A stretch of 64,000 nt of DNA from the NCBI GenBank assembly GCA_963920595.1, contig OY986948.1, positions 310,001-374,000 on the forward strand, read 5' to 3'. The translations under genes and the position numbers were made by a program. Below, in pieces: positions 14,695 through 57,223 of this stretch. Position 1 is the stretch's first letter. Each line of letters starts with the position of its first letter. The notes below the pieces were generated by a model. The model saw only the letters and a list, made by a program, of their open reading frames with translations. It did not search any database and had not been told where the DNA came from. Source of the DNA: Eimeria praecox (lineage: Eukaryota).

Positions 14695-16050
14695 TCAGCA
14701 GCAAGTAATGCCAGCGCTTCCAAGGCTCTTGAGCCGCCACCAACTGCAGCAGCAAGAGCAGCAGCAGCAGCAGCAGTAGCAGCAGCAGTAGAAGCAGCAG
14801 CAGAAGCAGCAGCAGCAGCCCGTGATGCTGCTGAGAGTGTCGAGATAAGAGCAGCAGCATCTAACACTGGAGATGCATGCGAAGGTGTGGGGCCAGGTGC
14901 AGCAGCTGCTGCAGCTGCTGCTGCAGCTGCTGCAGCAGCTGCAGCAGCACAGCGGGGAGCTCAGCTAGAAGCAGCAAATGCCGCTGAAAGCGCTGCCAGT
15001 GCATCTGCAACGGCAGCCCCTGCTGCTGCTGCTGCTGCTGCTGGAGCAGCAGCAGGAGCAACAGCAGCAGCAGCACCTCCAGCTGCAATAGCTGCGCCTG
15101 CTGCAGCTGCAGTCATAGCTCCTACTCTGCCAGCAGCAGCAGCAGAAGCTGCTGCTGCTGCTGCTGCTGCTGCCCCCATTCCTTCTGTATCTGCAGCAGC
15201 TTCAGTTGCTGATGCAGTTGCTGCTCCTGCTGCTGTAGTTGCTGCTCCTGCTGCTGTAGTTGCTGCTCCTGCTGCTGCAGTTGGTGCTCCTGCTGCTGCA
15301 GTTGGTGCTCCTGCTGCTGCAGTTGCTGCTCCTGCTGCTGCAGTTGCTGCTCCTGCTGCTGCTGTAGCTGCTGAAGCTCCAGTGGCTGCCCCTCCTGCTG
15401 CTGCAGTAGCTATTCCTGCTGCTGCAGTAGCTGTTCCTGCTGCTGCAGTAGCGGCTGATAGCACAGACACGCGCAGAGGCAGCCAAATAACCACGAGTGC
15501 TGCTGCTGCTGCTGCTGCTGCAGCAGCAGCAGCAGCAGCAGCCCTACCGCTAGCAGCAGCAGAAATCTCCTCAACCCACGATGTGCCGCAGCTGCTTCAG
15601 CCCTCCTCACACGAGTGCGTGCTGCAGCAGCTTCCAACGTGCAGCAGCAGCAGCAGCAATAGCAACAGCAGCAGCAGCAACAGCAACAGCAGCAGATGCT
15701 GCTATTGTTTGTTGGTTCCCTTCGGTGGTCCTTCTGTGCCTGCTGCTGCACCCGTTGCATGTGTGGGCTGCATGCAGCAGCAGCAGCAGCTGCAGCAGCA
15801 GCAGCTGCAGCAGCAGCTGCAGCAGCAGCAGCTGCAGCAGCAGCTGCAGCAGCAGCAGCTGCAGCAGCAGCTGCAGCAGCAGCAGCAGCAGCGGCAGCAG
15901 CAGCACCAACACGAGCAGACACAGCAGCAACTGCCCGTTTATCTGCAGCTGCTGCAGCGACAGCAGCAGCAGCAGCAGCAGCCTAGTGTGGGCTATCCTG
16001 CTGCAGTCCAGCTTGTCTCACCACCAACCGTAGAAGCAGCAGCAGCAGCT

Positions 16051-16094
<44 letters not shown>

Positions 16095-16200
16095 TGTAGT
16101 GCAGCAGCAAGATGGGGCTTTGAGGCAGCATTTGCTGCAGATGCTGGCAGCAACTGTTCATCATCCTCCCAAGGAAAGCCGACGGACCCGCAGAAACTCT

Positions 16201-16257
<57 letters not shown>

Positions 16258-16412
16258 GTGAGAGGACGAAGGCGCTCAGGTGAGGCTGAAGCTGCATGCA
16301 GGAATGCGAGAAGAGAGAAAGAAGAAAGAAGAAACAAAAAAGACAGAGAGAGAACGAGACGTAAAGACACTATGCGCTGCAGCAACAGCAGCAGCAGCAA
16401 CAGCAGCAGCAA

Positions 16413-16451
<39 letters not shown>

Positions 16452-16812
16452 AGCATCAGGGAGAGAAGCTAAGAAGCTTCACAGACACAGAAGCAGCAGC
16501 AGCCGCCATCGACACATGCACCAGGAGACTCAATCTGCTGCTGCTGCTGCTGCAGCAGCAGCAGCAGCAGCAGCAGCGGCACCTGCTGCTGCTGCAGTCC
16601 CTCGAAACAAAGCCTCCAGACACAGAAGAGAGAAGATGAAGAGCAGCAGACAGCAGCAGAAGAATAAAGATTATGAAGAAGAGGAAAGACTAGCAAGGGG
16701 GTTTAGACTGAGACAGCGATGCCGTTTGCTGCGGCTGCTGCAGCAGCAGCTAGAGCTGCAGCAGACATCCTTCCCAGCTGCTGCTGCTGCTGCTGCTTTA
16801 TTTAATACATAG
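10519..16812 (+). CDS. Hypothetical low-complexity protein (poly-A/Q/S homorepeats), 3 exons: 10519-11793, 11955-12107, 12412-16812
   Basis: ATG at 10519; donors ACT|GTAAGG and GCG|GTGAGC; acceptors ctgcag|GCT and tttctgcag|GAG; all phase 0. Long ORFs keep the A/Q/S frame with unique linkers. About 1940 aa, no recognisable domain. Confidence 0.7.
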
Positions 16813-16868
16813 ATGCAGCACAAGACACAGACATTGTCTCCTATAGAGACAGGATAGATAGCTTCCAG

Positions 16869-16900
<32 letters not shown>

Positions 16901-17048
16901 AGCAGCAGCAACAGCTGCTGCTGTTGCTGCTGCTGCTGCTGAGCCCCGCCGGGCTCTAGTACAGTCTAGGAAGCTTGCTGCTAGTTGCAGCAGCAGCTGA
17001 AGCTGCTGATGTGTCTCTCCTCTAGTCTGGGAGTGCCCAGACACGCAA

Positions 17049-17083
<35 letters not shown>

Positions 17084-17099
17084 GCTGTTGCAGCTGTTG

Positions 17100-17130
<31 letters not shown>

Positions 17131-17548
17131 TGTTGCTGCAGCAGCAGCAACAGCAGCAGCAGTTGCTGCTGCTGCTGCTGCAGCGGGGCTTTGAAGAAAT
17201 TGTTTTTTAATAAAACTTCTAAGCCTGTTCGTTTCTCCCTGTGGGGCTGCATGCACGAAGTGGCATTTGCTGCGGTGTATCTCCATCTGCTGCCTTCTAT
17301 GATACTATCGACTCTGCTGCTATCTCCTGATTGTATAATGTCTATATCTATATCTATATATCTACATCTATATCTATATCTATATCTGTGTCTATATATC
17401 TATATCTATATCTATACATCTATATCTATATCTATATATCTATATCGATATCTATATCTGTATCTATATCTATATATATATGTCTATGTCTATATCTATA
17501 TGTCTATATCTACATCTACATCTATATCTACCTATACCTATATCTATG

Positions 17549-17616
<68 letters not shown>

Positions 17617-17652
17617 GAGAGATATATATATAGATAGATCTATGTGATAAAT

Positions 17653-17739
<87 letters not shown>

Positions 17740-17867
17740 TATACTTAAACGTTTAATAAACATGTGTCTATTGCAGATCTGCTGCACAGCAAACAAGAAG
17801 TCTAGTAGAAAATTTATTAAGAGACAGCAGCCTTAATTGAAGGGTAAGGTGTCGAGGCCCTCAGCAG

Positions 17868-17987
<120 letters not shown>

Positions 17988-18093
17988 ATACTTTTACTAC
18001 AAACAAAAACATCTCAGAGGCTAACACAAACAAAACCACAAAATTTCAGGCAAGATATTAAGCAACCTGCGCATACACCGCGCGACATCGGGC

Positions 18094-18785
18094 GGGGGCC
18101 CCCCCCCCCCTCTAATCCTAAGAGTGAAGTCAGGGGGGCCCCCCACCCCACCCCACCCCACCTCTCCTCTCCCCCTCAATACTACGTACAGACACCCTAC
18201 ATGGCTTTACAGGGCCCCCCAACAGGGTAATGTACTGTACATGGGGTCACACAGGGGCCCCACGGGGGCCCCTACCGGGGCCCCACGGGGGCCCCTACCG
18301 GGGCCCCACGGGGGCCCCTACCGGGGCCCCACGGGGGCCCCCCCAGGGGCCCCCACAGCGGAGGAGCTCTGGGCCCCCCCCCCATAGGCATAGGGGCCCT
18401 CACTCACTCCTTCATCGCCTTGGGCCTCACGACAGCCCCCAGAGGGTACACCACAAGATCGCGGGGGCCCCCCTCTTCCCCCCCCCCCCCCCCCCGCTCC
18501 GCCCCACTAATAGGGGCCCCACGGGGGGAGGGCCCCCTTACTGAGGGGGCCCCCCCCTTTTACGGGTCGGCCCCATTATCTACCTCCCACCATACCCCTC
18601 ATCTACTTCCTCACGCCCTACAGAGGGGGCCCCGATGGGGCCCCCTACTGGAGGCCCCTAGGGCCCCTCTCACCCCCCTACTGAAGGATCACTGCGTAAA
18701 TTAACCCTACTAACAGCCCCCAGGGCCCCCCCCCTCCCCTCACAGGGGCCCCCTGACAGGGGCCCCCTGACAGGGGGCCCCCCGG
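18094..18785. repeat. GGGGCCCC-rich cluster including a ~23-bp tandem unit (ggggccccacgggggcccctacc) at ~18254-18345
   Basis: Directly visible; lies immediately 3' of the B56 stop codon. Confidence 0.85.
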
Positions 18786-18813
18786 TAAGCAGGGGGTAGC
18801 TAAGTTAAAGAAC

Positions 18814-28703
<9,890 letters not shown>

Positions 28704-28794
28704 CTTCAGCACTCGAAGACAGCCGGGAAGGCGCGAGACAGAGCGTTGAGATGCAGCGCCAACGTCGGCTGCTGACGCCTCCAGGGTCCGCATG

Positions 28795-28847
<53 letters not shown>

Positions 28848-29094
28848 GCAGCAGCAGCAATAGCAGCTGGTGATACAGTAGCAGCAGCAGAGACAACAAA
28901 ACTGTCTCTCGCTCTGCTGTCTTCTCTCCTGCAGCAGCAAAAGATAAACAAATTCGAGTGTACATACACTCCATCTATTGCTGCAGCACTCTGCGGTGTA
29001 TAGGCAGCTCTGCTGCAGCATCTAGTTGTTTCCTTTCTGCTGCTGCTCCTGCTGCTGCTATTTAATGTCTCTCGTATTGACCTAACGACAAACT

Positions 29095-29137
29095 AAACCC
29101 TAAACCCTAAACCCTAAACCCTAAACCCTAAACCCTA
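29095..29137 (+). repeat. AAACCCT telomere-like array (others at ~8738-8760, 24088-24128, 31696-31741, 35436-35481, 55224-55265)
   Basis: Directly visible. Confidence 0.95.
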
Positions 29138-29163
29138 ACACCAGAATGTTAAGTTATACGCCC

Positions 29164-29198
<35 letters not shown>

Positions 29199-29381
29199 TT
29201 ACTGTCTATTGAGAACTAGAGGTAGACCCTCACAGCGCCGACCTCAACTATTGCTGCTGCTGCAGATGCTGCTGCTGCTACTGCTGCTGCTGCTGGCGCT
29301 GCTGCTGCTGCTGCTGCTGGCTAGCGGCCTCTCTGTCTACTTCTTCCGTCTTTCCTGCTGCTGCTGCTGCTGCTACTCCTC

Positions 29382-29421
<40 letters not shown>

Positions 29422-29486
29422 AGTCGTTGGTGCTGCTGCTGCCGTTCAGCTTTCTACTGTAATGCTTCTACGCCTGTCTCAGCTGC

Positions 29487-29519
<33 letters not shown>

Positions 29520-29954
29520 TGCTGCTGCTGCATGCGCCACACTTCTTTGTGCTGCTGCTGCAGTTATGTTTCTGCTGCTTCCGTTGCTGCTTCGGTCTCT
29601 GCTGCTTTGTTGCTGCTGTTGTTGTTTGTTTTGCTGCTGCACTTAAATACAAATGTAAGGAGAAGATATCTGTGGGGAGAGGAGATTGTTCTGTTGTACT
29701 ATAGCAGCAGCAGCAGCTGCTGCTGCAGCAGCTGCAGCAGCAGCAGCAGCAGCAATCCCTTTCTATACAACAACAACAACAACTACTACTACTACTGTCT
29801 GCTGCTGTACTAAGCTACGAATATAAGCTTAGATGCCGCCGACATAAGCACCAACGACACATGCTGCAATGCAGCAGCAACAGCTGAAACATGTTAGGGG
29901 CTGCTGCTTCTGCTGCAGCAGCAGCAGCAGCAAGACTCAAATCTTATATAGCTG

Positions 29955-29992
<38 letters not shown>

Positions 29993-30080
29993 GTAGTAGT
30001 TGTAGTTGTTGTTGTAGTTGTAGTTGTTGTTGTTGTAGGTGCCGCAGCAACAACAAGAAGAAGAAGAAGAGCAGCAAACA

Positions 30081-30113
<33 letters not shown>

Positions 30114-30499
30114 CTCTATATCAAAGTCTGCTTCTTCTTCTGCTTCTCAGCAAATATAAACTAAATCAAAATATTAATATAAAAATATTAATAAAATAAA
30201 TATAAACAGAATATAAACAGAGAAGAGTGAAGGGGGGGGGGGGGCTCGAGCTGCTTCTCTGCTGTAGACATTACTGCGGCCCCTCACTAGGGCTTGTGTT
30301 GTCGTTCTTATATTTATTTATTTATATGCTTTCTGTTAATATATATTAAATTATTTAATTAAATTATAATAAATATAAACAATAAAACAATAAAAACCAT
30401 TATAAATAGCTGTATATACACCCCAAAAACAAACAAACAAACTACACCATCAAAGCGCGCATGTGCTTTAAAGCCGTCATAGTTTTCTTCTTGTATCTT

Positions 30500-30846
<347 letters not shown>

Positions 30847-30927
30847 CGTATTAACCTGCCTATACACCTCAGGGCTCCTAGTGCTTCTTACTTCTTGCTT
30901 TGTTTATTCTTACTTAACTCATTATGT

Positions 30928-30996
<69 letters not shown>

Positions 30997-31871
30997 CGTT
31001 GCTGGTGCTTCTGTTGCTGTTGTTGCTGCTGTTGTATGCTTTCTGTCTCCTCTTCTCTCTAAATAAAATATATAAAATAAACAAAACTCAAACAGAGTAA
31101 ATCAAATATAATTATTTAAAACACAGACAGACACAGAAGCCTCTCTACTATACTACCCTAGCTAGCTAGCCAGCTAGCTAGCCAGCTAGCTAGCTACTAA
31201 CTAACGAAGGCCTAGCTAGCCACTGAGAGGATAGCGACTGCGTCTCTCTCCCTCTCTCTTTCTCTTTCTTTCTATTTCTGTTTGTTTTGTGTTTGGCTCT
31301 CTCTCTTACGTTTGTCTCTTGCTTCTCTCTCTCTTCTTCTCTGTCTCTGTCTCTTTCTGTCTCTGTCTCTCTCTGTCTCTGTCTCTTTCTGTCTCTGTCT
31401 CTGTCTCTGTCTCTTCCTGTCTCTGTCTCTGTCTCTTTCTGTCTCTGTCTCTGTCTCTCTCTGTCTCTGTCGCCTTCTGTCTGTGTCTCTCTCTTTCTCT
31501 GTCTGCCTCTCTCTGTCTCTCTGTCTCTCTGTCTCTGTCTCTCTGTCTATCTGTCTGTCTCTCTCTCTGCCTCTCTCTCTCTGTCGCTCTGTCTCTGTCT
31601 CTCTGTCTCTGTCCCTCCCTGTCTCTGTCTCTCTTTCTGTGTCTCTCTGTCTCTCTCTCTGTCTATCTGTCTGTCTCTCTCTCTGCCTCTCTCTCAAACC
31701 CTAAACCCTAAACCCTAAACCCTAAACCCTAAACCCTAAACTCTCTCTGTCTCTGTTAGTTTTTTCTATGAGCATCCATCGCCACATTTGTGAGAGTAAT
31801 ATTTAAAATAAAACGGAGACGCCACAAACCTTCGGGTGTATATACACCTCAGATATTATTATTATTATTAC

Positions 31872-31938
<67 letters not shown>

Positions 31939-32014
31939 TTTATTTTTATTTTTATTTATTATAATTAAGAAGAAACTGCGAGATAATGTAGAACCATACA
32001 TATCAGCATTCCTT

Positions 32015-38429
<6,415 letters not shown>

Positions 38430-38582
38430 CGGCGTTAGTCCCTGCTGCTGCTGCTGCTGCTCCGCGCCTTAGAATATATAAGCAGCCTCCTACAGGGCAC
38501 TACCTGTTGGTGCTGCTGCTGCTGCTGCTGCTGTTGCTGCTGCTGTTGCTGCTGTTGCTGTTTCTCCTGGAGCCCCCATGGT

Positions 38583-38616
<34 letters not shown>

Positions 38617-38997
38617 CCAGTCACGGGATTCTCACGATTTCCATGCTGCTGCTGTAGCTGCTGCTGCTGCTGCTGCTGTAGCTGCTGCTGTAGCTGCTGC
38701 TGTAGCTGCTGCTGCTGCTGCTGTAGCTGCTGCTGCTGCCTTGCAGCAGCAAGCTGCCTATCGGCTGCGAGCCCAGGAGCCTAGGCTCTATGGAAGACAT
38801 ACAACTCAGTGTGTGGCTGTTTCAGCAGCAGCAGCTGCTGCTGCTGCAGCAGCATCTGCTGCTGCTGCTGCAGCAGCAGCAGCAGCAGCAACTGCAGCTG
38901 CTGCAGCTTAGTTTAAAGTGTATGCCTCTATCTCGCTGAGGAGCCGAGCACGCCTCTGAAAGTCATAGTAAGGTAAGAAGGCTGTATCTGTTTTTGT

Positions 38998-39037
<40 letters not shown>

Positions 39038-39100
39038 TTAGCTGCAGCCGCCTTTCCTGCTGCTGCTGTTGTTGTTGCTGCTGCTGCTGCAGCAGCAGCA

Positions 39101-39133
<33 letters not shown>

Positions 39134-39297
39134 TCAGGTTGGTGTGAGGCCTCGCTGTCGGGGCTGCAGCTTCAGCTGGCGGGCCCCACACTCATTCTTC
39201 TGAAGATGAGAGAATATCTGTTGTAGTAAATTTAAATTGTTTATTTATTTGATTCTGATATCTGTTGCAGCTAGAAGAGGAGCAGCAAATGGAATAG

Positions 39298-39340
<43 letters not shown>

Positions 39341-39369
39341 CGCGAGATTCTAAGGTTTGTTAATCCAAA

Positions 39370-39407
<38 letters not shown>

Positions 39408-39420
39408 AGCACATCACATT

Positions 39421-46962
<7,542 letters not shown>

Positions 46963-47144
46963 TGGCTGTTACTGTTGCTGCATGCAAGATGCATGCAAAA
47001 CAGGCGAGAAGAGCAAATATCTATAAATACTGAGGGAGGGGGGCTGTCTCATGATCATGAGTATTCTGAAGAGATGTATCTTGGTGTATATATTGAGTGT
47101 TGTTTTAGATGAATATCTACTACTACGCCTTGTTCAATTAAACT

Positions 47145-47270
47145 ATGCATGCATGCAATTAAACTATGCATGCATGCATGCATGCATTAATTAATCAATT
47201 AATTAATTAATTAATTAATTAATTAATTAATTAATTAATTAATTAATTAATTAATTAATTAATTCATGCA
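47145..47270. repeat. (TGCA)n + (TTAA)n palindromic microsatellites between convergent genes
   Basis: Directly visible. Confidence 0.9.
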
Positions 47271-47910
47271 TATCTCTCTCTCTGGCTTCCCAGTAATGTG
47301 CTGGTATTAACCAACTCTTTCTCGTTTTTCTCTGTTTATTGTCATATGTTTGAAGCCATCATTCTTGTTCTGTAGTGGCGTTCATACCCCTCAGTGTTGC
47401 TTGTGTCTCAACAATTCTGATAGCGTGTACAGACACTACAACGTAGAGACAGAGGATAGCAGCAGAGGCAACACAGCCAACAGGCTATTGCATGCGCTGA
47501 GCAATAGACAGATAGATAGATAGACAGACAGACAGATAGACAGACAGACAGATAGACAGCCCTAATCAGCATAGACAGATACAGACGACAAGAAGATAGA
47601 GAACGTATATCTTCTAGTTATAGAGAAGAATTGTTGTTTAGAAAAGAAGGAAGAAAGAAAACAACAGACAGAGTCAGACGAAGACGATGGTCTTCCTGTA
47701 AGCCCTCTATAATATTTTATATCTTCTACTCAAATATACTTAGATCTAAAAGATTTAATTAAATTATTTGTTCTGAAAATGATGAAGTTAGACAGACAGA
47801 GTGTCTGTACACTGGAGAAGAACAGCAACGAAGAAATGCGACGACGATTCCTAGAAAAACACAAACTCTCCTCTGTTACGGCTGACTGCAAGTGCAGGTA
47901 GATCTGCTGC

Positions 47911-47942
<32 letters not shown>

Positions 47943-47973
47943 TTGCTGCTGTTGCTGTTGCTGCTGCTGCTGT

Positions 47974-48005
<32 letters not shown>

Positions 48006-48009
48006 AGTC

Positions 48010-49455
48010 CTAAACGGGGGGTTTACGTCCTGGTTTCGTTGCGCCTCCGACAGTTCTCTCAGCCGTTTCTCTTTCACTACTTTTTGTTGCTTCTGTTTTA
48101 TTTATATTTTTCTCTCTCTTCATATGATGTTGGGTTTGTTTATTATTGGTTTTTATATTGGAGTCCTTCTCATCTTCCTCTGGTGTTATATCACCCCTGT
48201 CGTCTTCTTCTTCTTCTTCTTCGTCTTCTGTCTCATCCTCGCCTTTGGCTTCTCTTGCTGCAATCTCTGCCCCTGCTGCTTCTGCTGCAGCTGGTTCTTT
48301 GCTGCTGCCGTGTTCGGGGGTTGCTCTGCTGCTGACAGTTGGGGCTGTCTGAGCTGCTGCTGCAGCGGCGTCGTTGTCTTCCCTCTCTGAGCCGGCTACG
48401 TCATACTGAGTAGCTGCAGTTGCGGTGGCTTCCTGTGCCTCTCGCTCTGCTTCGGATGCGCTGGTTGCTGCTTCTGTTGCTGCTCTTTCGTGTGCTGCAG
48501 CAGCTGCAGCAGCTGCAGCACGGGCATGATGGTGTTCCTCCAACAGTTGTTGCATTTCTTCTTCGATTTCTCTGTCTGTCTCTGCCTGCTCATGGTTTTC
48601 TGCCTCGCGTACTTCGGCCTCAGCAGCAAGCACATCTCTCTCAACTTCTTCTTGTGTTGCTGCTTGAATGGGCTGAGGGTGTATAGGACTTGGTAGTTCA
48701 GTTTCTGCTGCTTCATGTTCTGTTGGAGCCAATCTACAATCACAACAATTAATCCTGTATTATATTTTCTCGTCTGTCTCCTCGTTACCGTTCAATTGTC
48801 TTCTCAAGTCTGCACAAACAGTGTGTTTTTCAACAATCATGAACGTCAAATGGCTTAGACCTCAGCTCAGCATGTCAGCGTTTTCAATCTTAATAGATAT
48901 ACCTTTCTATTTCGCCTTTAGGTACTTCAGGTGTTCGTTCTGCCTCTAATACCTCCTAATAGAATTCATCCAGGTGTTGTCTTCCCCCCCATTTTCTATG
49001 GAAAGTGCCAGTTGAAACCCACTTTACCTCAGGTGGGACTTGTACTATCTTTGCTTTAGACTCGGGTAGACATTCAATGATTTTGCTCTCAGAGCGAGGC
49101 CTCTCTGCAGCAGATATCTGAGGTGGCGTCTTCTTTCTAATGGTGGAAACACTCGCTGCAGCTGCTGCATGCCTTTTTTCTAGTTCTGCTTGACGGCGGC
49201 GCCTGGCGGCTTGAAAGCTGTTTGTGAGATCCTCAGCTCTCTGTCCCGCAGAGGCAGCAGAAGCTCTTAATAAACAAGGTGAGGTGTATACAGAGCCTTT
49301 TTATATGTTGGGGTGTGTGCTTTCCCTCACTGAATGGCAGCTTTCTGCCGTTCCTTTAGCGTAGAAACGCCTTCCTCTACATGATCAATCTCGGTGTCGA
49401 GCTCCTCTTCTTCAGGAACCTGAAATACTTCTTCATATCGTGGAGATCGTAAGGC
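48010..49455 (-). CDS. Hypothetical acidic/helical protein, multi-exon, 5' end unresolved
   Basis: Phase-consistent exon chain: ALRSPRYEEVFQVPEEEELD..KAAIQ / ASAASAGQRAEDL..QVPPE / EVLEAERTPEVPKGEIER / LEKTIER / LAPTEHEAAETELP..KPPV* (last exon ~48733-48010). No family recognised. Confidence 0.6.
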
Positions 49456-50517
49456 CTGATATCACGTTATATTCCCCCCTTTTCAAAAACATAAAACTAA
49501 AAGTGTTGTACTTGGTGGTGAGAACGACCCAGAAACCGCGTTCCGTCCAATGAAGAAACTACCGGTAACCACACCTCCAATCCCATGCCAAGGATGGAAA
49601 CATAGTACCAAAGAAGCATAGTTACAATTATTTCTTAATTTGAAGTATAATCCATCGTCAATAGGAAAGATGTGCGCAGATGCCGAGTGCCACTTCTTGC
49701 TCGCAACCGTAGACACCCCATTCATGAGTATGAGTTGATTATCCCTGAAGGAATTGTTCTTATCTTTTTTTTAATTAACAAAAGAAAGATACTAGCAATA
49801 AGAATCGCCAGAGTTGAATGCGGCTTGTGCCTCTTCAGCCTGTTGCGCATTCAAGTGTGTACACATTCCATAATTAAATAGAACAGCCGTTACAGTTTCC
49901 CCGCGCTTTCCACCGTATACTACTCACTAGATAGTTAGCTGCCTCCTGTTTGGCCTAAGGCAAACTCAGGTGATCTGTTCCTCTCACTAGAAGTACACCC
50001 GCCTGCCTCTCCTGCTGCTTCTTCAGCAGTCGAACCAATAACCACTGAAGTCTGTTCAAATCGCCACCGCTTCGCTGCTATAGGAAACCGTAGCTTCAGT
50101 TAGCCTCAATTGCTTACTAGAGGTGTTTACTTGTGTCGCTACTCGGTTCTGAAAAGCTTTTAAACTCCTGCTTCCCCCAAACTACCGCCACTCCCGTTTC
50201 CTTGTCCGTGGCAATGATTACAAGAACAGATACAATATATTCTTAAACTGTCACTGGTATGTTTCTCACGCACTTCAACTGATGGTTGTTCTCCCGCTGC
50301 TTGTACTTAAAAAACAAGGTGAAGCGACAGACAGACAGGTGTGTCTGGCCCGTACACCTGTGTAATCGAGTGTGCGTGTTCAACACACCTCAAGCCGCCA
50401 GAGCAGCTACTTGGGCTCCTCCTACGTTTTGCGCATGCATGCAACAGAATATGGTGTGGAGGCTGCGTTGTATGAGTTGATGATCCACTACTGGAATTGT
50501 GGTGGCATATATAATGT

Positions 50518-52038
<1,521 letters not shown>

Positions 52039-54425
52039 AAGCCAGTCTGCCCACTGGGCGCCCACACTCAAACAGTGAACCGCAGTTGAATACGCGCACG
52101 ACCACGCCCAACTTGGACTGTATGTCCATTTAAAGAGTCCTATAGAATAAATGAAACTCCTCTGATACTTTCCTCCACATGCCAGAGGAATTCCCAACAA
52201 TTCCCACAGAGAAGAACGCAACGTGCCTGCCACGCAAGTCAATGAATGCACAGGGCCCCACGGCCACACACAGCCTAATCAGCACGTCTAATTAACTAAA
52301 AAACGAGCAATCTTGATCTCAGAAGAAGTCACGAAGGAGCAACTGACACCAAAACTACTCCTAAGCCTCTCGACGTCAGACCTGAATGCGCAGCTCGTGC
52401 ACCGTGAACACCAACGAATGCAAGAAGACCCGCTCAGACGAAGAGCCCTTTTTTCTCAGGTTTTTGATGCGTCGTTGATATCCTTCGAGTAATATTTAAT
52501 ACATCCAAGTTTTGGAGGGTTTGTACATTTAAAATCCCATCAGCACAATCGGCGTTCGCCGCTACCTCTGGCGCACCGCTCGTCACACCCTCGCTCGCAC
52601 GCCACACAAGACGTTGACTTGTATACACAGACCGAAGTTGTTTAATATTTGTAGTTTTAATAGAGCAGAGTGCTCATGAACAGTACTGATGGACCTCGAG
52701 GGGCAGCACACTTGGAGTGGATACTCCATTCCTGTGTGCAAGCAACCTCACATTGCGTCTGCTGAGTGGGGCCTTCTATGTATCTTCTTGCGCTGATCTG
52801 TTTACATCACTCCCTCTTTAGACCAAAGATCGAGCGTACTGTTGGGGCTTTCTCGCGTGGCAAGGCTTTCCCATTTATTCCCCCGAGGCCTACAAACAAC
52901 TGTTAGAGACTTAAGAACTCATGCAGGTGGAGGGGACAAGAGTACCTGCGTAGCCTCAGTAGAACAACATAACAATCTGGAGAAACGAAGAATTGCTTGT
53001 TGCACTGGAAGTAGCAAAGTTAGTTTGGCTTTCCTTGAAACTCATCGAGAGCTTCGTACTCCCTTAATACCAAACCTCAGAAAATTATTATTATTATTAC
53101 CATTAAACAGCCTTCACGAGACGCAGTTTTAGAGGCACGGAAATATATGTCTCGCAATCCTAGGCGGAAGTTTTTGGGTTTTATCTACGATCCAGCTATG
53201 TAATGGGGCGGGGGGGGGGGGGAATGCCTCACTGAGCGTTTCTTAACGAGAGATGGGTGCACTAGGAACAGCTAGCTAGCCGCAGTATTCCTCTTTTGAG
53301 TAGTATGCAGGTAGCCGCTGCTCATGGATGAGCCCTTAGAGCTATCTACTGTGCTGGTGAGAGCTGCTAATGTACTACATATACAGTCAGAACGAGCAAG
53401 TCTAAAATACACTGTCCTGTCTTGCTGGGACTAACAGATTTCCCTCTATTTCCCTCTATTCCTCTTCGTTTACGAGGCTGGGCTCTCTAGGCCTTATATA
53501 CTACAACAGCCTTACAGCAACAGCAACAGCTGAACTAGTGTGGCTTGCACTAGTTCAGCAAGACAAGGAGAGTCGTAACTCCACGTAGGTATATATGTAT
53601 GTATATGTATATATGCCCGGGGGACACGCGTATATTCTTCAAATTGAAATAAAATATTATATTTCTTAAAAATGCTAAAGCATGGAGGAACGGCCTGGGC
53701 GCAGACGCAGGCGGGCGCTGACTTCTCCCGCCTTCGGCTCACATTAACCCTGAAGGCCGTCAGACCGCCACCATCGGCTAGCGTGGGTACAGAGTGCCTC
53801 TGTCATATCTCTGTAGGGTTGGTGTGATGCAGCTCACCGTGTTGCTGCGCCGATAATTCCAGCTCCTGTCTGGTGTCTGTACACTGCAGCACGAGTTGAG
53901 AAAGCTGCACAGAAGGCACGGCTCGCGGCGGCGCCGTTGACAGAGACGGACGCCCCCGCCAGTAGCCACAGAACCGCCGACTCCTCCATATGAATATGTC
54001 TCTCGTTGCGGCAGCACTCGTTTAAACCGCACTCCGCATACAGTACGTCTGCAAACAGCTTGATCTGCAACGGCAGACGGAGCCCCAGACCTTCGACACG
54101 CTGATCAGCTGCTGCTGCAGTCTGCCCAGCAGTGCTGTCCAATTGCTCCTGCGTCTCTCTGTCTGTCTGTCTGTCTATCTGTCTGTATGTGTGTGTATGT
54201 GTTTGTGTGTGTGTGTGTGTTTGTGTGTGTGTGTTTGTGTAGACTCCACATTCGAACCCGCGTCTTGAATTGTTTCCTCTTGGACGTATCTCTTAACAGT
54301 TTGCCCTTAATGGCCTTAATGACCCTTAAGTTCAACGAAGAGGAGGAGAAGACTTCCCAAGCAGCATCCAGCCAAAGCTGTTAGCTTTGATGATAGCACC
54401 GGCAGCTTCCATTGTGTCGGGGGCC

Positions 54426-57223
<2,798 letters not shown>

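Noticed and set aside
53690..54142. GC-rich open segment with a GTGAGC donor (possible small gene on the - strand)
   Set aside because: No recognisable family and no convincing exon chain; could be 3' UTR of pdhA.
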